A DNA stretch of 64,000 nucleotides from the NCBI GenBank assembly GCA_965202585.1, contig OZ241830.1, positions 55,738,001-55,802,000 on the forward strand. Direction: 5' to 3'. Of this stretch, positions 27,301 through 42,300 are shown one piece after another. This DNA is from Thalia democratica (taxonomy: Eukaryota). Made by a program: the position numbers and the translations under genes. The first letter of the stretch is position 1. Every line of letters begins with the position of its first letter. A model generated the notes under the pieces. It had not been told where the DNA came from. It saw nothing but the letters and a program-made list of their open reading frames with translations, and ran no database searches.

Positions 27301-30300
27301 TAAAGTATTAATTTTTTTAGTCGGGTTTTTTATTTATGTAAATGCTGTTTAAAATGCTTGTTTTAAACTACTACATGTAATCAAGTATTATATAAATAAA
27401 ATTAAGTTCTTATACAATTAATATTTTTTTTAACAGATTGATAAAACAAAATTAATTAATTAATTAATTATAACGTAAATATTTAAACGTTTTACAGTTG
27501 ATAGCATTGTTTTATATTTTACTATAAAAAATAGTACTAACCAAGCTAATAAAATAAAAAGAAACAAGAAAAACTAAAATTTGAAGCAAAATTTTAAGAG
27601 CAATATTATTTTTTTTAATTCGTAAAAAGTATGCTCCAGTAAATATAAAATTATGAAAAATTCAGTAGTTTTATTATAATATATAACATAACTAAAAATG
27701 GTGGGTAAATTTGTTCATAAAAAAACTACTATTAAAACAACAAAAAAGGTAAAAAAAAAATTTATACCTCTAACATAAAACTTTTTCGTTGGGTCTAGGC
27801 TATTGTAAAAAGAATAAACGCCAGGATCTTTAAAACGGTATACAAATAAAGTAGCAGTTGAACCAATTAATTGAGCTTCTAAAAGCTTTCTGAAACCTCC
27901 ATAGTCAAATTTTTCGTTTGTGTTGTATAAATTCGTTTCGTCATAAACTGGATAACCCGTACTTGAAATCCTAATATTTTTATGAGGTTTTTTAAATATG
28001 TTTAAGTTGTAACAATACAGCGAAAGTAAAAAGAACTATAAATTAGTTTAAAAAAAAGATTCAGAGTAGGAACAAATCCTTTAATGTGTAAAGTAAACAA
28101 TTGGGTACACTATACACATAACCTTAAATATTGATTTCTAAGAAAACATAAGTTTTTAAGTTTAAATAACTATATTTTAATCATTACTTACGTGAAAAGT
28201 ACAAGAGCTCTGTATTCTAGACATATGACAGGATTTAAAATACCAGAATTGACCGTGTTCCGTGAATCAGCAAGTAGTCTACGGTTAAAGCTGTAGTCGT
28301 TGTAGGGATATCCATACAAACTTCTACGTTTTCTTGCAGTTGTAGAATTCTTAAATTGTTAAATGATTTTATGAAGTAACTAACTTTTTTATACTAGTTG
28401 TTGAAAAATAAATATGAAAACATAAAAGTAAAACTTTAATTAACTATATAGAGTAAAAAATCCAAGTTTTGTAAAAACAAGGTATTTGAAAATATAATAC
28501 TTTATTTTTTGTTGTAAAGCATACAAAATGAAATACAACATGTTATAAAAAATTATAATCTCTTTCGTAAAAAATAATATTAAATGTTACATGTGAGTAA
28601 CAAGTAGCAGTTTAAAAGAATTAAATATTTCAAATTGAATTTAAAACATCAAGTATCATGTTTTATCATGCCTTGTTTGACTTACTTTAGAGTTTTCACG
28701 AAGCAGGTTAGCAATTGTTGCTGCATCTGGCTCGTAAACTCCCAAGAAATCGCCACTTTCTGTTTCCATAACAAAAACATCTTCAGCAGTTTCAGCTCCT
28801 GAAGTGCATTGTTCAGGAAATATTGACAATCGGGCGTTGACAATATTTGACAGTTCCGAAGAAAGAAAGTCATCGTACAAGCCATCCTCATAAGTAATCC
28901 TAAGAACAATAGCTATTTATTTTCAAGTCTTCACTTAATGATTCAAACTAATAGAACAGATGCTAATTCAATTTTTTAAACACCAAAGAGATCAATATAA
29001 AAAAAAAAATTAAACTACATTATACCGAGTATTTTTAATATTCAGTAAAAAAGCTTGATATAATTTTTTCAAAGTTATTTTTTACTACAAAATACCACCT
29101 TACGTAAGAGTCGTTGCTCACAAGTGGATCGGGGCAGATGAACTGAAGCGTTTTTCTTTGAGAAACTCGACATTCGTAATCACAAGTGGCATCGAGATTA
29201 TCAGCGCTACATTTGCATAAACCTAGAACTTTGTCGACACCTATTTGTAATAAAAATAAAAATATTTTCAATAAATACTTGTTATTATAGCGAGATTTAT
29301 CCAAGCTTTGTTAAAAGAAAAGCTTTTAAAATGGCTTGTAATATGTACAATAATAGCTTTAACAATTCAAAAACTAACCTTAATAAAAAACGATTTAAAA
29401 TTAATTTTTAACCGACGAAAGTTCTCTTGCTAATTTTTTTTAAAGAATTGAGACAGTGTTTTATATGGTTTTCTAACTAATTTTTATTTACACTGAGAAC
29501 CAAGAAACTTTTGAAAAAGTCAGTATTTGAAACTAGCCTTGAAAAAGGTCTGAAGAGCCGCACTCCTCAATACAAAACTCTTCCCATTCAACTTCATCCA
29601 AGCACTTTCCTGTCTGAGATCTCGTCCTTCCTTCCGTACAAATCGGATAAACGAACCTTTAATAAAAGTTTAAATAGTATTTTTTGCTAGTTTAACCATA
29701 TAACAGAAATGCATAAAACTGTTTAAATCTTTTATTAAATCTTAACTAATGTAAAAACAAATTTTCATGCTTTCAAGTTAACGTATAAAAAACGAAGTTG
29801 AAGAACTAACTGAACGCAGTCGCCTCCCCTGTTTATGTCTATCCTGTACCCGGCGGCGCATGGGCACTGCTGGTCGCTCGGCTGAAAATCCCTGCCCGAT
29901 CCGACACACCTGCAAGAAGCCTGGCCCATGAGGGGCTGCGACGCCTGCGCCCCGCACGGGAAGCAAGCGGTCTGGCCTTCCAAATTGTTGAAATAATTGC
30001 GCGAGCACAGGATGCAAGATTGGGAAAGTCCCGAGCCGAACTCGTCGGGGTTGTAGGTTCCGCGGGGACAAGGTGTGGGTTGCTTAGCACCCGCCGGGCA
30101 GTAGTAACCTCTGGGGCAAGGGTACGACAGAGTCACGTTCGTTGTTACGTTGCCCGGCTTGGCGTCGTCTGAAATGGCTCCCTCGAGGCAAATTACCCCG
30201 CCTCTGCAGGTGTTGCATTTCTGTTCGAAATCTTTTATTTCTTATTTTTTACCGAATTTAATTAAAAACCAATAACAATTTATTTCAGTTTTTTAGTAAA

Positions 30301-33300
30301 CTAAAAAAATATCATCATATAATAAGGATTACTTAGTTTGTATGAGGAAAATTAGAGCAGCTTACGTTTGTAGTATCAGGTCCACCGTAAGTTCCGGCTG
30401 GACACGTAATGCAGGTGTCGTCAAAAGAGGTCTGACCGGAAGTTGGTGACTGGTATGTGCCCAGTGGACACTTGGACGGCTCAAAAGACTCAGCTTCGCA
30501 ATAAAACCCGTCTGGACAGGGAAGAGGACTGCTTGAATTTTGAGGACAATAACTACCTGCGGTATATACAAGTACTCTGTTTAAAACTGAACACTTTTTT
30601 TAACAGCTTATGGTTTGATGTTAAAATAATGTTATAAACACTTATTTTTACTTTTCATATAAAGCAAACACTTTTTATAAAGTAAAGATAGTATAAACCA
30701 CGAAAAAAATACGTTATTATAAGGGAAATAAGACTTAAGATATCAATAGGATAAAAGCTTATCGAAAATATTATACAACCTTTTTTGCTAGTTTTTACAT
30801 TTGAGAATGATTGTATTTTAAAACTATGTAATTAACTACCTGCTGGACAAGGAAACTGATTTGTAGCATCAGGACAATACTGTCCAGGTTGACATGGCAA
30901 CGGAGAGGATGAGCCTTCAGGACAATAATTTCCAACATTGCAAGCAGTGCCTAAATAAAATATGTTCTCATATACTCTGAAGCATTAATCATTAAAATAA
31001 ATGTAAACTTTTTTTTCTAATTTGTCGTGTTTTTTAATATATGTTAATAAAAAACATCAATTAAACTTCGTAGTTTGGCTCCAAAAATTTTAAACAACGT
31101 TCTTATGAGTTTTCATACATTTAAAAAAGAAAGCTTAAACTTAATGTTTAAAATTATATTATATTTAAATACTAATTTTTTATTTTTTTAATTTTTTTTA
31201 GTGTTATAGTTTGTATACCTTTGTTATAGCTTTAAATGAAACTTATTATAATTAGCAAAAATAAAATAAACTTATGATTTATATTTGTAAATTTTATTTA
31301 AATTCAAAAATTTTTATTTAAGACAAATAAGTTTATTAGATTGTAAAGTTATTGCTAAAATCAACGCTAAAGTCTGAAGATTTTGTAAGTTAGGTTATAT
31401 TTCAAACAAAAAACTTAAAGATTTTTAAGGTTTCTTTTAAATCTAACGTTAAAGTTTAAGCTTTTAAGTAAATTTTCATAGTGGAAAATAGTTTAGAAAT
31501 TTTTTTTTTCTGTGCTTATTAAACTTAGTATAAACTTCTAAGTAATTGATAAATGATAATAAAAGTCATGAAATTATCTAAAAAATAATATCAGTATAAC
31601 ATTTCAAGATAAGATAATAATTATAAATTTTATAAAAATTTCCTTTTACTCAAACCTATAACAGCTGCATCCGTGCAGTTGAAGCATATAGTCGTTGACT
31701 CCGGACAATAATAACCGGCCGGACACTTGTGGCAATCGTCCAGGCTCTCTGCAGATATTTCACCCCGGTACGTTCCCGCCGGGCAGGGAACCGGGTTCGC
31801 AGTCGTGTTAGAACCGGCCAGGCTGCCGGTTCCGAGCGGGCAATAGTGACCCACTGGGCAGGGGTTGACGTACGGGTTCACCGTAGCCACATCCGGACAC
31901 CAGAAACCCGCTGGGCAAAGCAGGCAGGACAATTGGCTGGTGGCCATCTCAACGTCCGACCACGTTCCAGCCGGACAAGCCACGGATTCGAACAGGAACG
32001 GGCAGTAGTAGCCGGGATTGCAAGGCTGGGGAATGGTACTGGTGTTGGTGCAAATGAAGCCGGCTGGGCAATCGGTGCAGTTGTTAATAGAGCTCGCTCC
32101 TTCGTTGTTTATTACGAGTCCAGTGGGACATTTTTTCGGATCAACTGTGCCTTTGGGACAATAATAACCAAGTGGACACGGTTTTCCAACTGAAGGAGCT
32201 GTTCCGTCTGGTGTAGGAGTTCCACTTCCGCTTATGCACAAGTAGCCAGCGGAGCAGTCATCTGATAAAGAATTCTATTAGTAAAAAAAAACATATATTT
32301 TATATATATACCTGTAGTTTCCAGTATATACTTTTAGTTTAGAAATCATTATCAAATTAAATAATTCATTCACATATTTTTTGTACTATGAAGGTTAAAA
32401 TACATAGTATAAACAAGTAAAAAAGAAGCAGATTGTTTTAAATTTAAACTGACCTGTCACAGAGCCGTCTACACAGTATTTTCCTGCCGGACAAGGTTTG
32501 CACTGGTCTTGACTATCTAGCATTGTTTGATTGCTGTAAGTTCCATTTGCACAGAACTTGCCACTGCTCGACCCAGCTACACAAAATTCATGTTCTGGAC
32601 AAGGCAGCATAACTTCTGCATTCGCCTCACAATAATATCCTGGCTCACAAGTTAGGCAAGAAGACTGACCTTCATTAGGCTGCCAAGTTCCTAATAAACG
32701 TTTATTTTTTTGAAGTAGTCGCTAAAAGTTACATGTAAACAAAGTATTATTTGTTTTAAATTTTGTAGAGCTACTTAAGTAATGCTGAATTTATATGATC
32801 TGGTTTTATATCTTTAATAAAACATTTACACGAAAGATAATATATTTCAAAATTACCTGGTTTGCACGGTTCAGATTTTTCTGCACCTGCTTCACAGTAA
32901 AATCCTTTTGGACATTCAAAGCCTGCCGGAGACTCGTTGGTGATATTTGCTGAGGACGGGCAGTAATACCCAGGAGAACAGTCATCAGTCGCAGTTGTGG
33001 AGTTTTGAAGCAAGCAATATTTTCCAGGCGGGCAAGGGTAGCAGTCGTCCAAAGTTTCACCTTTCTCTGAACTACGGTAAGTTCCCGGGGGACAAGAAGT
33101 CGGTGAAAAAGTTCCTAAGTAGATAGTTTTTGGTTTATAAAAGTATTTTTCAAGTTTTATATACTCTGTTCATTTACCTTGAACGCAATAAAATCCTGCT
33201 GGGCAAGGCCCGTTGCCGAAGCTATCTGCATTCGGAGTTGACTTTGTTGCAGAGCTTTTGCAAAAATACCCTGCAGCACACAAGTTTTTGTCTGGGTCTT

Positions 33301-36300
33301 CAAGTCCCAATGTGTCACAGTACCTTAAAAAATAAGAAATTAACAGTTAATTACATAACTTAAAGAAATATATACATTTTGAAACATAATGTGAACTAAA
33401 TAAAAGAATTTATAAAACTAACTAAAAATATGAAAAATATATTTAATAATGTAAGTTGTTAAATAGTAAGGTAAAGCGTGGAAAGTAACCTTCCAGCTGG
33501 ACATGGTAAGCATTGTTCTCTTTTTTTAAGGCCAAACTTATCAGAATATTTGCCAACTGGACACGGTTCTCCGCTGTAGTCACTCCCTTCTACACAGTAT
33601 TGACCTTTCTGACATATTTTAGTGTAATTCATACCTTTGTCGGGACAATAAAACCCTGCGGGACATATAGAGCAATTAGAAGCGCCTGTTGCCTGTTGAA
33701 AAGTTCCTTCGTAACAAGAGTTTTCAATCTTGTCACCAGCATTGCAAAAGTGTCCTGTTGGGCAAACGTATCCCATTCCTGACGAGTAACTAGGAACGGA
33801 AGTGTTCGAACCACCGGTACATATAAATCCTTCCGAACAGTCTAATATAACTCTGTTTCCGTCAGCATCGTCAACGCAGTACTTTCCAGGCGGACATGGG
33901 TCACAGTCAGTTTCGGCTATATTGGTTTTGTCATTTGTAAAAAACCCGGAAGGACAACGAATCGGGGAAGATGTATTTTTCGGGCAGTAATAGTTCGCCG
34001 GGCACTCAAACTGAATTTTGGACGTCGACCCGCTAGTGCAGTAATACCCGGGATCGCAAGGACCGTCTCCTTCTCCGGTGGTGCTGCCGCGGCTGGAGCA
34101 ATAGAATCCGGGAAAGCACGGTAAGCAGGCGGAGGAATCTGATTGGCCGTACAAGTTGTTGTAATAACCGGCGTCGCAGGGTTCTGGCGCAAATGCTTGT
34201 CGTTGACAAAAACTTCCCGGAGGGCAAGGCTCGGGTTTCAGAACCGGACCGGTGGACTGGCAGTAAGAACCTTCAGGACATTCTTTGCAAGACCTCTGTT
34301 TCGATTCGTCCTGGTAAAAGCCGTTGTTGCACATGACTTCCGCACCAGACTTCTTCGGACAGTGATTGCCTTTCGAACACTCGTACATCGTCTTGCTGTT
34401 GCTTCCTTCCGGACAGAAGTATCCTGGCTCGCACTCGCCTGAAGGCTCCGTCAAACCCACACCGTTGCAATAATAACTGGCATCGCATTTCATGCACTCG
34501 TTTATGTTGGACAGCGACGAACCAGCAACTCCGTACGTGCCGTTTGGACACGGCTCGGGTAACGGCGTTGCTTTCACGCAGTAGTAACCGTCGGGACAGG
34601 GAAGCTCGTTGAAGTTTTTGGAGCCCGTGGGACAATAAAAGCCTTCTTGGCAGCCGGCCGTCGGCTCCGGCAGCTCGTCTACGTCACAATACATTCCTGC
34701 ATTGCAGGGAATCTGGTTGGTTGACCCTTGTTCGCAGTAATGTCCCGCTTCGCAGCTGTTCTCTGTACTTTCTATGGACCCAGCTGTAATAATGTGTAAA
34801 TAAGTTTTTAAAAAGAGAAAACTCAGACATTTTTCAATAATCAATATATAATTTTTCAATTGTGTAGTATGGTGAAAAGTTAAATATTCTGAATTTTTAA
34901 AACGATTTCAAATTTATGTATTTCAAAAAAAAAATATTTTTTAAACTTACAGACATATTATAAAATCATTTTATGATATTTTTTAAATTGTATCATTAAA
35001 ATACTTATGTAATGATTTTTTATGTAGCATTTAAACAAACTAGGGCAATAAAATCCTTCTTGACACAAATCAACAGGGGCAGTTAAATTCTTCACGTCAC
35101 AGTAAAAACCAGCTAAACATTTTTGGCAAGCATCCGAACTTTGGGCTCCAGTTTCATTGTTAAATGTACCTTTTTCACATGGCCACTGTTCTCCGTATTC
35201 AGTACTTTTAGGACAATAAAATCCTAAAAAAAATTTTATCCACAGTGATATAATTTTTATCTTATGGAACAAAAAAATATGTTTTTAAAAAATTTTGTGC
35301 TATAAGTAAACTTTTACTCTTGATTGTTTACTTACAGTAGTTTCCTGATAACAACGATTACATAATTAGATGGTTTTTTATGATGCTGAATTTATAAACT
35401 ATTGGTATGAAATTATATTTTTAAGATTTTTTAACTTTTTTTTATTTTAAATGATAAAACAACATTTTAAGTGAGTAAGCTTTCGAAATAAAAAGTCGCC
35501 AACGTTTTCAAACTTAGAATATAAAGCTCTTGAATCATAATGCTAATTACACAAGTGTAAAAGGACCTTTAGGGCACGGGTATTCAAGGTATGAAATTGT
35601 GTTAGCCAAACAATAATACCCTGCTTCACAATCATCGCAAGTAGATCTCCTTGTTCGGTTGTTGTAAGTACCAGAGGGACAGGCCTGTAACAAAATCAAA
35701 TTATTTTTCTTTGAATTAAAACAGCTTTCTTAGACTAATTTAGATTTTTTAAACTATCAATTTAAAACCTTTGGAAACTCGCTGCCTCGTTTGCAGAAAG
35801 AACCGGACGGGCAGACGTCTCCGACGCAAGGAAACGGAGATTCGCTAAAGTTGGAGCAGATCTCTTTGGTCGGGTTCGCCACGAACGAGCCCGTCTCGCA
35901 GTAGTACCCTTCCATGCACTTGTCTGCGGGGCGCTGGGCCGCCGTGACGTTGCAGAAGTGGCCGCCGTCGCAAGGAGTGCACTGAGTGACGTTGGAAAGC
36001 CCGGTTTTGTTTGAGTAGGAGCCGCGCGGACACGACTGCAAGTCTTGACCTGTTCCGTTTTTTTTTAATTTTTATAAACACAGTTTAAATATAATTTAAT
36101 AGAGTTAACATAGTAGATTTAATGTAATAAATGTTGTTTACTTTATACTACACAAAATACTAGTTTTCATTGCTTGAAAGGTTATTTTATAGTCTAAAAA
36201 CAAAATTTAATCAAATAAACATTTATTTCAAAAATTAAAACTAAAACAAACCGGTTCCCTCAGGACAGAAGTATCCGGCTTCGCAGGGTTTGAACAGAGT

Positions 36301-39300
36301 GCTCGCATCACCGGCAACCACTCGGCTTTTAACGCAGTATTTCCCCGGCGGGCAAGGCAGGCAGGAGGACGCTGTGGCGTAAAACCCGTCCCCACACGCC
36401 TGCGGGTCTGCCGACTGAGGCGGGCAGTAGAATCCCGTGGGACAAGCCACTTGAGTCGCAGTAGAGCTTCCAGCCGGACAGTAATACCCTGAATTTAAGT
36501 TTTATAAGTTAAAGGTGTTTTTAAGGTGATTTGAGCTAAAATTTAAAAATTGTTAAAATTTTAATTTATATGTACAACAAAAGTAACTTTAAAGTCAGCA
36601 AGTATGCTACAAAAAGAATAGAAAGTATGCATTATAAAAAGCATACTCTACTAAAAGTAAAAATACTTATTAAAAATTGTAGTTAAATTATTTTTATTAA
36701 ATGATAACCAACACTTTATCTAATTACTCAACAATATTTTTATTAACTAATACTACAAAATTATCAAAATTTACAATATTGTTACTAACCTTCCTCGCAA
36801 GGACCGGTATAGTTTGATAGTCCGGGTTTTTCGCAGTAGAAACCCGGCTTGCATTCGAGACATTCACTTTCGCTTTTCAGTCCTTCCGTTGGTGAGTATG
36901 TTGAAACTGGACAAGGAGTTTCGAAGGACGACTGTTGTTTGCAATACGCACCAGATGGGCAGATTATCTGATAAGAATAAATTTTTGGTGGTTTTATTAA
37001 TTTATAGTAGTCTGTGCTAAAACAAAACCATCGATGTTTTTCAGTTTTTATAATCTTTAAAGATAACAAGGATATAATGTTTATAAAAATGACATTAATA
37101 AGATGTACAAAAAAAATCATGAAAATTAAGAAAAAAAATTTGCTTGGCTAACGTTGAAGTTTGAAAATGAAAAAGTTTATAGATTATAATTTAATTGAAA
37201 CCTTAAGTTGTTAAAATTGTTAAACATAAAAAAAAAATCAAAAACTTTATTTCATATAATAATAATAGGAATGAGCGAAGGATCTTTGGAATTTTCTAGC
37301 TATCATTTTAATTGATACGGAATCTCGAATAATTTGTGCATTTAGTTTCAAGAGTTCTAGTTGTTTCCTTGAAAAAAAACGTAAAAAACAACTTTTTTTA
37401 GTTTTTTCTGACGAACTTAGTCTTCAACTAAAAATAGTTTTTTAATACTGCTAAACTAGTTGCAAAATCCCTTGATCAATATCTTTATTACTAACAACAA
37501 TTTATAAGTTTGTTATTACTGCTTTAAAGATTTTTGAAATCACACTCAAGAACAAAGCATTAGCTACTGTAGAAATTAATCGAATTATTAGCTAGTCTTT
37601 TACTGTAGATAGAAACATGTTGATAAGTTTTAGCTTTATCTAATGGTACCAAAATATTTTTATAGTCTCGTAAACTTTGAGAAAGATTACAAACATATGT
37701 AACATTGTTGATTGATAGTTTACCGAGAAATAAACTTATTAAGAACTTGACAGCACTTAATGACCACCTACTAAACAATTTTCAATTTCATTTACTTTAA
37801 ATATTATAACTTTAAACATAAAAACTTGCAAATTTAATAAACGCAACTAGTTATAAAAACTTTTTTTAATCACTTTATTTTTTTATTAAGTTATATTTTT
37901 AGGTATCTAACTAAGTTTTAACTTATCTAGAATTTAGAAAAAAAAACTTACTTGAAGTGGTTTTGATAAATTTTACAACACTGTAAAAGAGAAATAATTT
38001 TTTGTGTTTATTGTATTACGTAATGATTGCATTTTTTTTTGTTCCAAATCAAGTTAAAAACAAAATATTTTATAGAGTAACGCTACACTGTTTAGCTTTA
38101 AGTATATTACTTAGTTTACAGACTATATATTGTTAAGGTTATGAAACGTGCTCAATTTCTATAACTATTTAAGTACATACTATTAAGAGTTTTTGTAAAA
38201 TACATAATTTGAAAAATATGAAATTATTCTGATTTTTATGCTTATTAAAAGCTGTATTTTTATTAGAACCAAATAAACAAGCTTTATTTTATTCATCGCA
38301 TTTATATAATGTTCTATAGTTATAGTCTGAAAGACATTTCATTTAGTTGAATTATAAAGCTTCAAAAATAACCTAACATAACAAAAACAAACTTGTGTAG
38401 AAGAGTTTGATCCGGCAGGGCAGTAAAATCCCGCCTGACAAGGTCCGACAAAGGATGTGAGGGCGGTGTCGTTGCAGAAAAACCCGGCTGGACACAAGTC
38501 ACACTCAGACGAGCTCGCCAGCTTCGGAGTAGAGCTGTGGCAGGTTTGAAGAATCAATTTAATACAATGCGTTTTACTTAAAACACTGTGGGTATTATTT
38601 TTTGAGCAAAGATTAATTTTGACGACTATAATTAAGAGTAAGAGTTTTAGTGTTACTCTTACTTTATTAAAGTATTTATTATATCATTAATAAATTTAAA
38701 GAGGAAATAAAAGCATCAACTGCAACGGTATTTACATTATTTAAAATTTAAAGTAATTTTTTTTAATCTCAAAATGAAGTTATATTAGTCACAACTTATA
38801 TTTGTATGTTGTCTCTTCAGATATGTATGCAAAACAAAAACTCATAGTTAAAATATATACTAATTTCAAGTATTTAATATAGTGTTTGTTTTTAGTATTA
38901 TTTATGTTTAAAATGTCATAAAGAAAGTATTGTTTATTAACACTTATTAGTACTAATCATATAAAATTGTTATCTAACGCTTTACAACAAACATAACCTT
39001 TTTTTGATAATATGTGAAATGTACTGATAATTATATTATCTTTTATAACATGTTTCATAATACTTCTGCTCATCGTCTCGTAGAAAAGGATGAATTACAT
39101 AATTATTTATAAATATTAACATTATTAATCAGTTTTATCTATTTTTGTTTTCTACAATAAAAAAGCATTTCTAAATTAAAAATAAAAACTTTGAATTTTT
39201 TTTGATGGATACTTTTTGATGATATAAACTAATATTGACATATCCTGTTTTACTTATAAGTTAACATAACCAACCTAAAAGTTCCCGTTTTGCAAGGGTA

Positions 39301-42300
39301 CGGTTCGATTGTCCCCTCTGGACAGTAATAACCTTTTGGACATTTATCAGCAATTCCTGGCTGCTCAGGAGTTGTTGAGTTGGATGACTTTCTAAAAAAA
39401 ACATAAATGTTCCGCAATAATGATTTTTAGCACAAGTTTTATTTCAATATATAATTAGTATTATATCAAATTGAAAATTAAGTAGAAATATACGATACAC
39501 AACCTGCAATAGTAGCGTTCTGAACAAAGTGTTACTGGGTATGTGAGACCAGGTTGGTCACAAGCGAAAGATGCCAAACACTCAGAGCATTTATCTTCAG
39601 AGACTACTCCTGTACGGTTATTGAAGGTACCTGAAAATTAAAAAATGTTTATTATTTTTTCAAGGCATAAAAATACCACTTTTGCGAACTTTACGTTAAG
39701 TTTACAAATTTTACCAAAAAAAATATGCAAATGCTTTCTTATTTTAGCGACTTGGTTCTAACTTTTTTACGAAGTTTAAGTAGTAAGTACATAAAAGCAA
39801 TATCGTTTTTTAGATATAATTTTTCAGGTTTTTTTAACTATCTTTTAAAAATTACATACCAACGGGACATGGAAATTCTTCCGCGTAGCGAGTACCAACA
39901 GGGCAAAAGTAACCTTGAGGACACTCAAAAACACTATAATCGGTCACTGCGCCTAGCTTTGAATTGCAGTAAAAACCCTCCGGGCACTGGATGCAATCAG
40001 GCTGCCCAGGCTGGTCTTGGTACTGGCCTGAAGGACATATGTCGACGTACCCTGAACCCACGGGACACCTGTAACCGGGTGGGCACGGATTGGCAGAAGT
40101 TTCGTTCGATCCTGCCGGGCAATAGTGACCGGGCGCACAAACTTCGTCCGGTTTTATTAGACCGCTTTTCGTGCATGCCATGCCGGTAAGGCACTGTTGA
40201 CAGTCCGTCACCCCTTTGTACTCTGTACCGTTTCCGAAAGTACCGGGAGGGCACGGAGCTGGAAGTTGTGTTCCTTCCTCGCAGTAACTTCCCATGGGGC
40301 ACGGGTATCCTGTTGAGTCGTCGCCGGACGGTTGGCCCGTCGTCGCGTTCAAAAAACAAAAGAATCCCGGAAAGCATTTGTGAGTGAACGAGGTTGCGTT
40401 CGGCTGCGGGCAAAAGTAGCCGGTGGGGCATGATTCAGGCGACTTTGATCCTGTTTACAAAGCTATGTATTTAAATAAACTATTTAGAGCTGTTATATTA
40501 AATTTAAAACATTTTGATTAAAAGTTCAAATTAATACAGTATTAACTAAACATTTTGAAATAAAACTAATTCATATTTTTTATAAATTTTTTAAAAAAGT
40601 CTTTTTGTTTTTAATTCTTTAAGTATGCAGCAAGAAAAAATAGAATTACGTTATTATTTCACAAAATCTTAGTTAAATACAAGAAATATAACTTTTACTT
40701 ATCACAAAAAAGAGCTTATAAAAAATAGTTTTACGTAACAAGTTTAGTTTTAACACATCATATTATTAAGATAAACTAGAATATGACAATTAATTAAAAA
40801 ACCTAAGATACTGAACAAATTTTCTAGTAGTTAAAGTTAATAAGTAAAAGTAAAGGACTGTAATATCAAATATGAGCGTACAAAAAAAAACGTTTCGTAA
40901 CCTTCAGGACAGTAATATCCGGCAGGACAGACACTGCCAAAGCTATCGTCCACAGGTGTAGACGTGCTGCTGCCTTTTCCGCAGTAATGACCCGCTGAGC
41001 AGTTAATATTAGGAGCGCTTAAGCCAGCTATCGTGCATGCCATGCCTTCATCGCAATCCAAGCATTGTCTTTTCAAATACAATCCAGTTGAAGGACTGTA
41101 GGTTCCTGCTGGACATTTGTACTGTTCCCCGTAACTCGTACGATTCGGACACCAATGCCCGGGTGGGCAGACGTATGCTGAATAATCAGATGTACCTTGA
41201 GGGCAGTAAAAACCTCTTTCGCAATCTTTGCAAAACGAAGAACCTTGACTGCTTGCGTAGGTTCCCGGGTCGCATTGTTGTGGTACTATTGAGCCTTCGA
41301 AGCAGTAATGCCCCTTCGGACAAATACCCCCTAATCCGAGAGTATTAGCCGTGCAATTTCCAATTGTATCAGGAAGCGTTACATTGCCTGGCTTTTGACG
41401 GTCAACCCCACTTGTGCAGTAAAACCCTAAAAATTGAGTTATACAAAAACTTATCGAACTATCATCAAAACAAGAAACTGAGTAAAATGAGGTATAATCA
41501 AACCTGCAGCACATTTACTGGTAGGTTGCGTGTTGTTAATTCCCTCACAGTAGTAACCTGGATCGCACTCTTGGCATTGGGTTTCTTTGGATAATCCTGT
41601 TTCATTGCCATAGGTCCCAGCAGGACACGGTTTCCACCAGGTAGAGTTTTTACCTTTAAAGTACTTTGATTGACTTATACTCAACTTAATTAGTATTTTT
41701 AATAATGTGTAAGTATTCCATTTTGAAACTTTCTTTTGTGAATAACAGTACGCCTGTAAATAAATAAAATGTCTGAAAATTTTCTAGTTATTTTCATTCA
41801 GGTTCACATTAAAGGGGTGTTTACTTAGAAGTTAGTGAAAAAATTACCTGTCGCAATAGGACAATAAAACCCTTTCGGACACAGCTGTAAGTTTTCTGTG
41901 GAGTTTGAAAGAGTAACCGGTAGACAGTAAAATCCAGGAGGACAGTCTTCACAAACTTCGCTGCCTATAAAATTAATTCAATTGTTCAAATTCTAGTTGT
42001 ATTGAGCTTTATACTTTTAAGTCCAAGATGTCATTTTTAAGTATCTGAAAGTTTTGTTAAAAAAAAAAACCTGTCGAGTTCGTGAAAGTTCCAGGCGAAC
42101 ATTCTTTGTAGATTTCGCTACCAACAGGGCAATGAAAACCTTTAGGGCAAGGGTTATCCTTAGTGTTATTCTGTCCTGATAAACAGTAAAAACCAGCTTC
42201 ACATTTGTCAGTAACTTCTGTCTGACCTGATCTAGGGCAGTAGAATCCCGCTGAAAATAGTTTTATACATTTTTCAACTATTTAACGTATAATTAAATAA

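Noticed and set aside
37408-37414. CTGACGA boxes here and at 56581
   Set aside because: No downstream stem II/GAAA arrangement.
39046-39080. Minus-strand ACGATGA...GAAAC-AT-GTT resembling a decayed HHR
   Set aside because: Two core mismatches, no stem II or stem I pairing, and no inverted arm or TSD.
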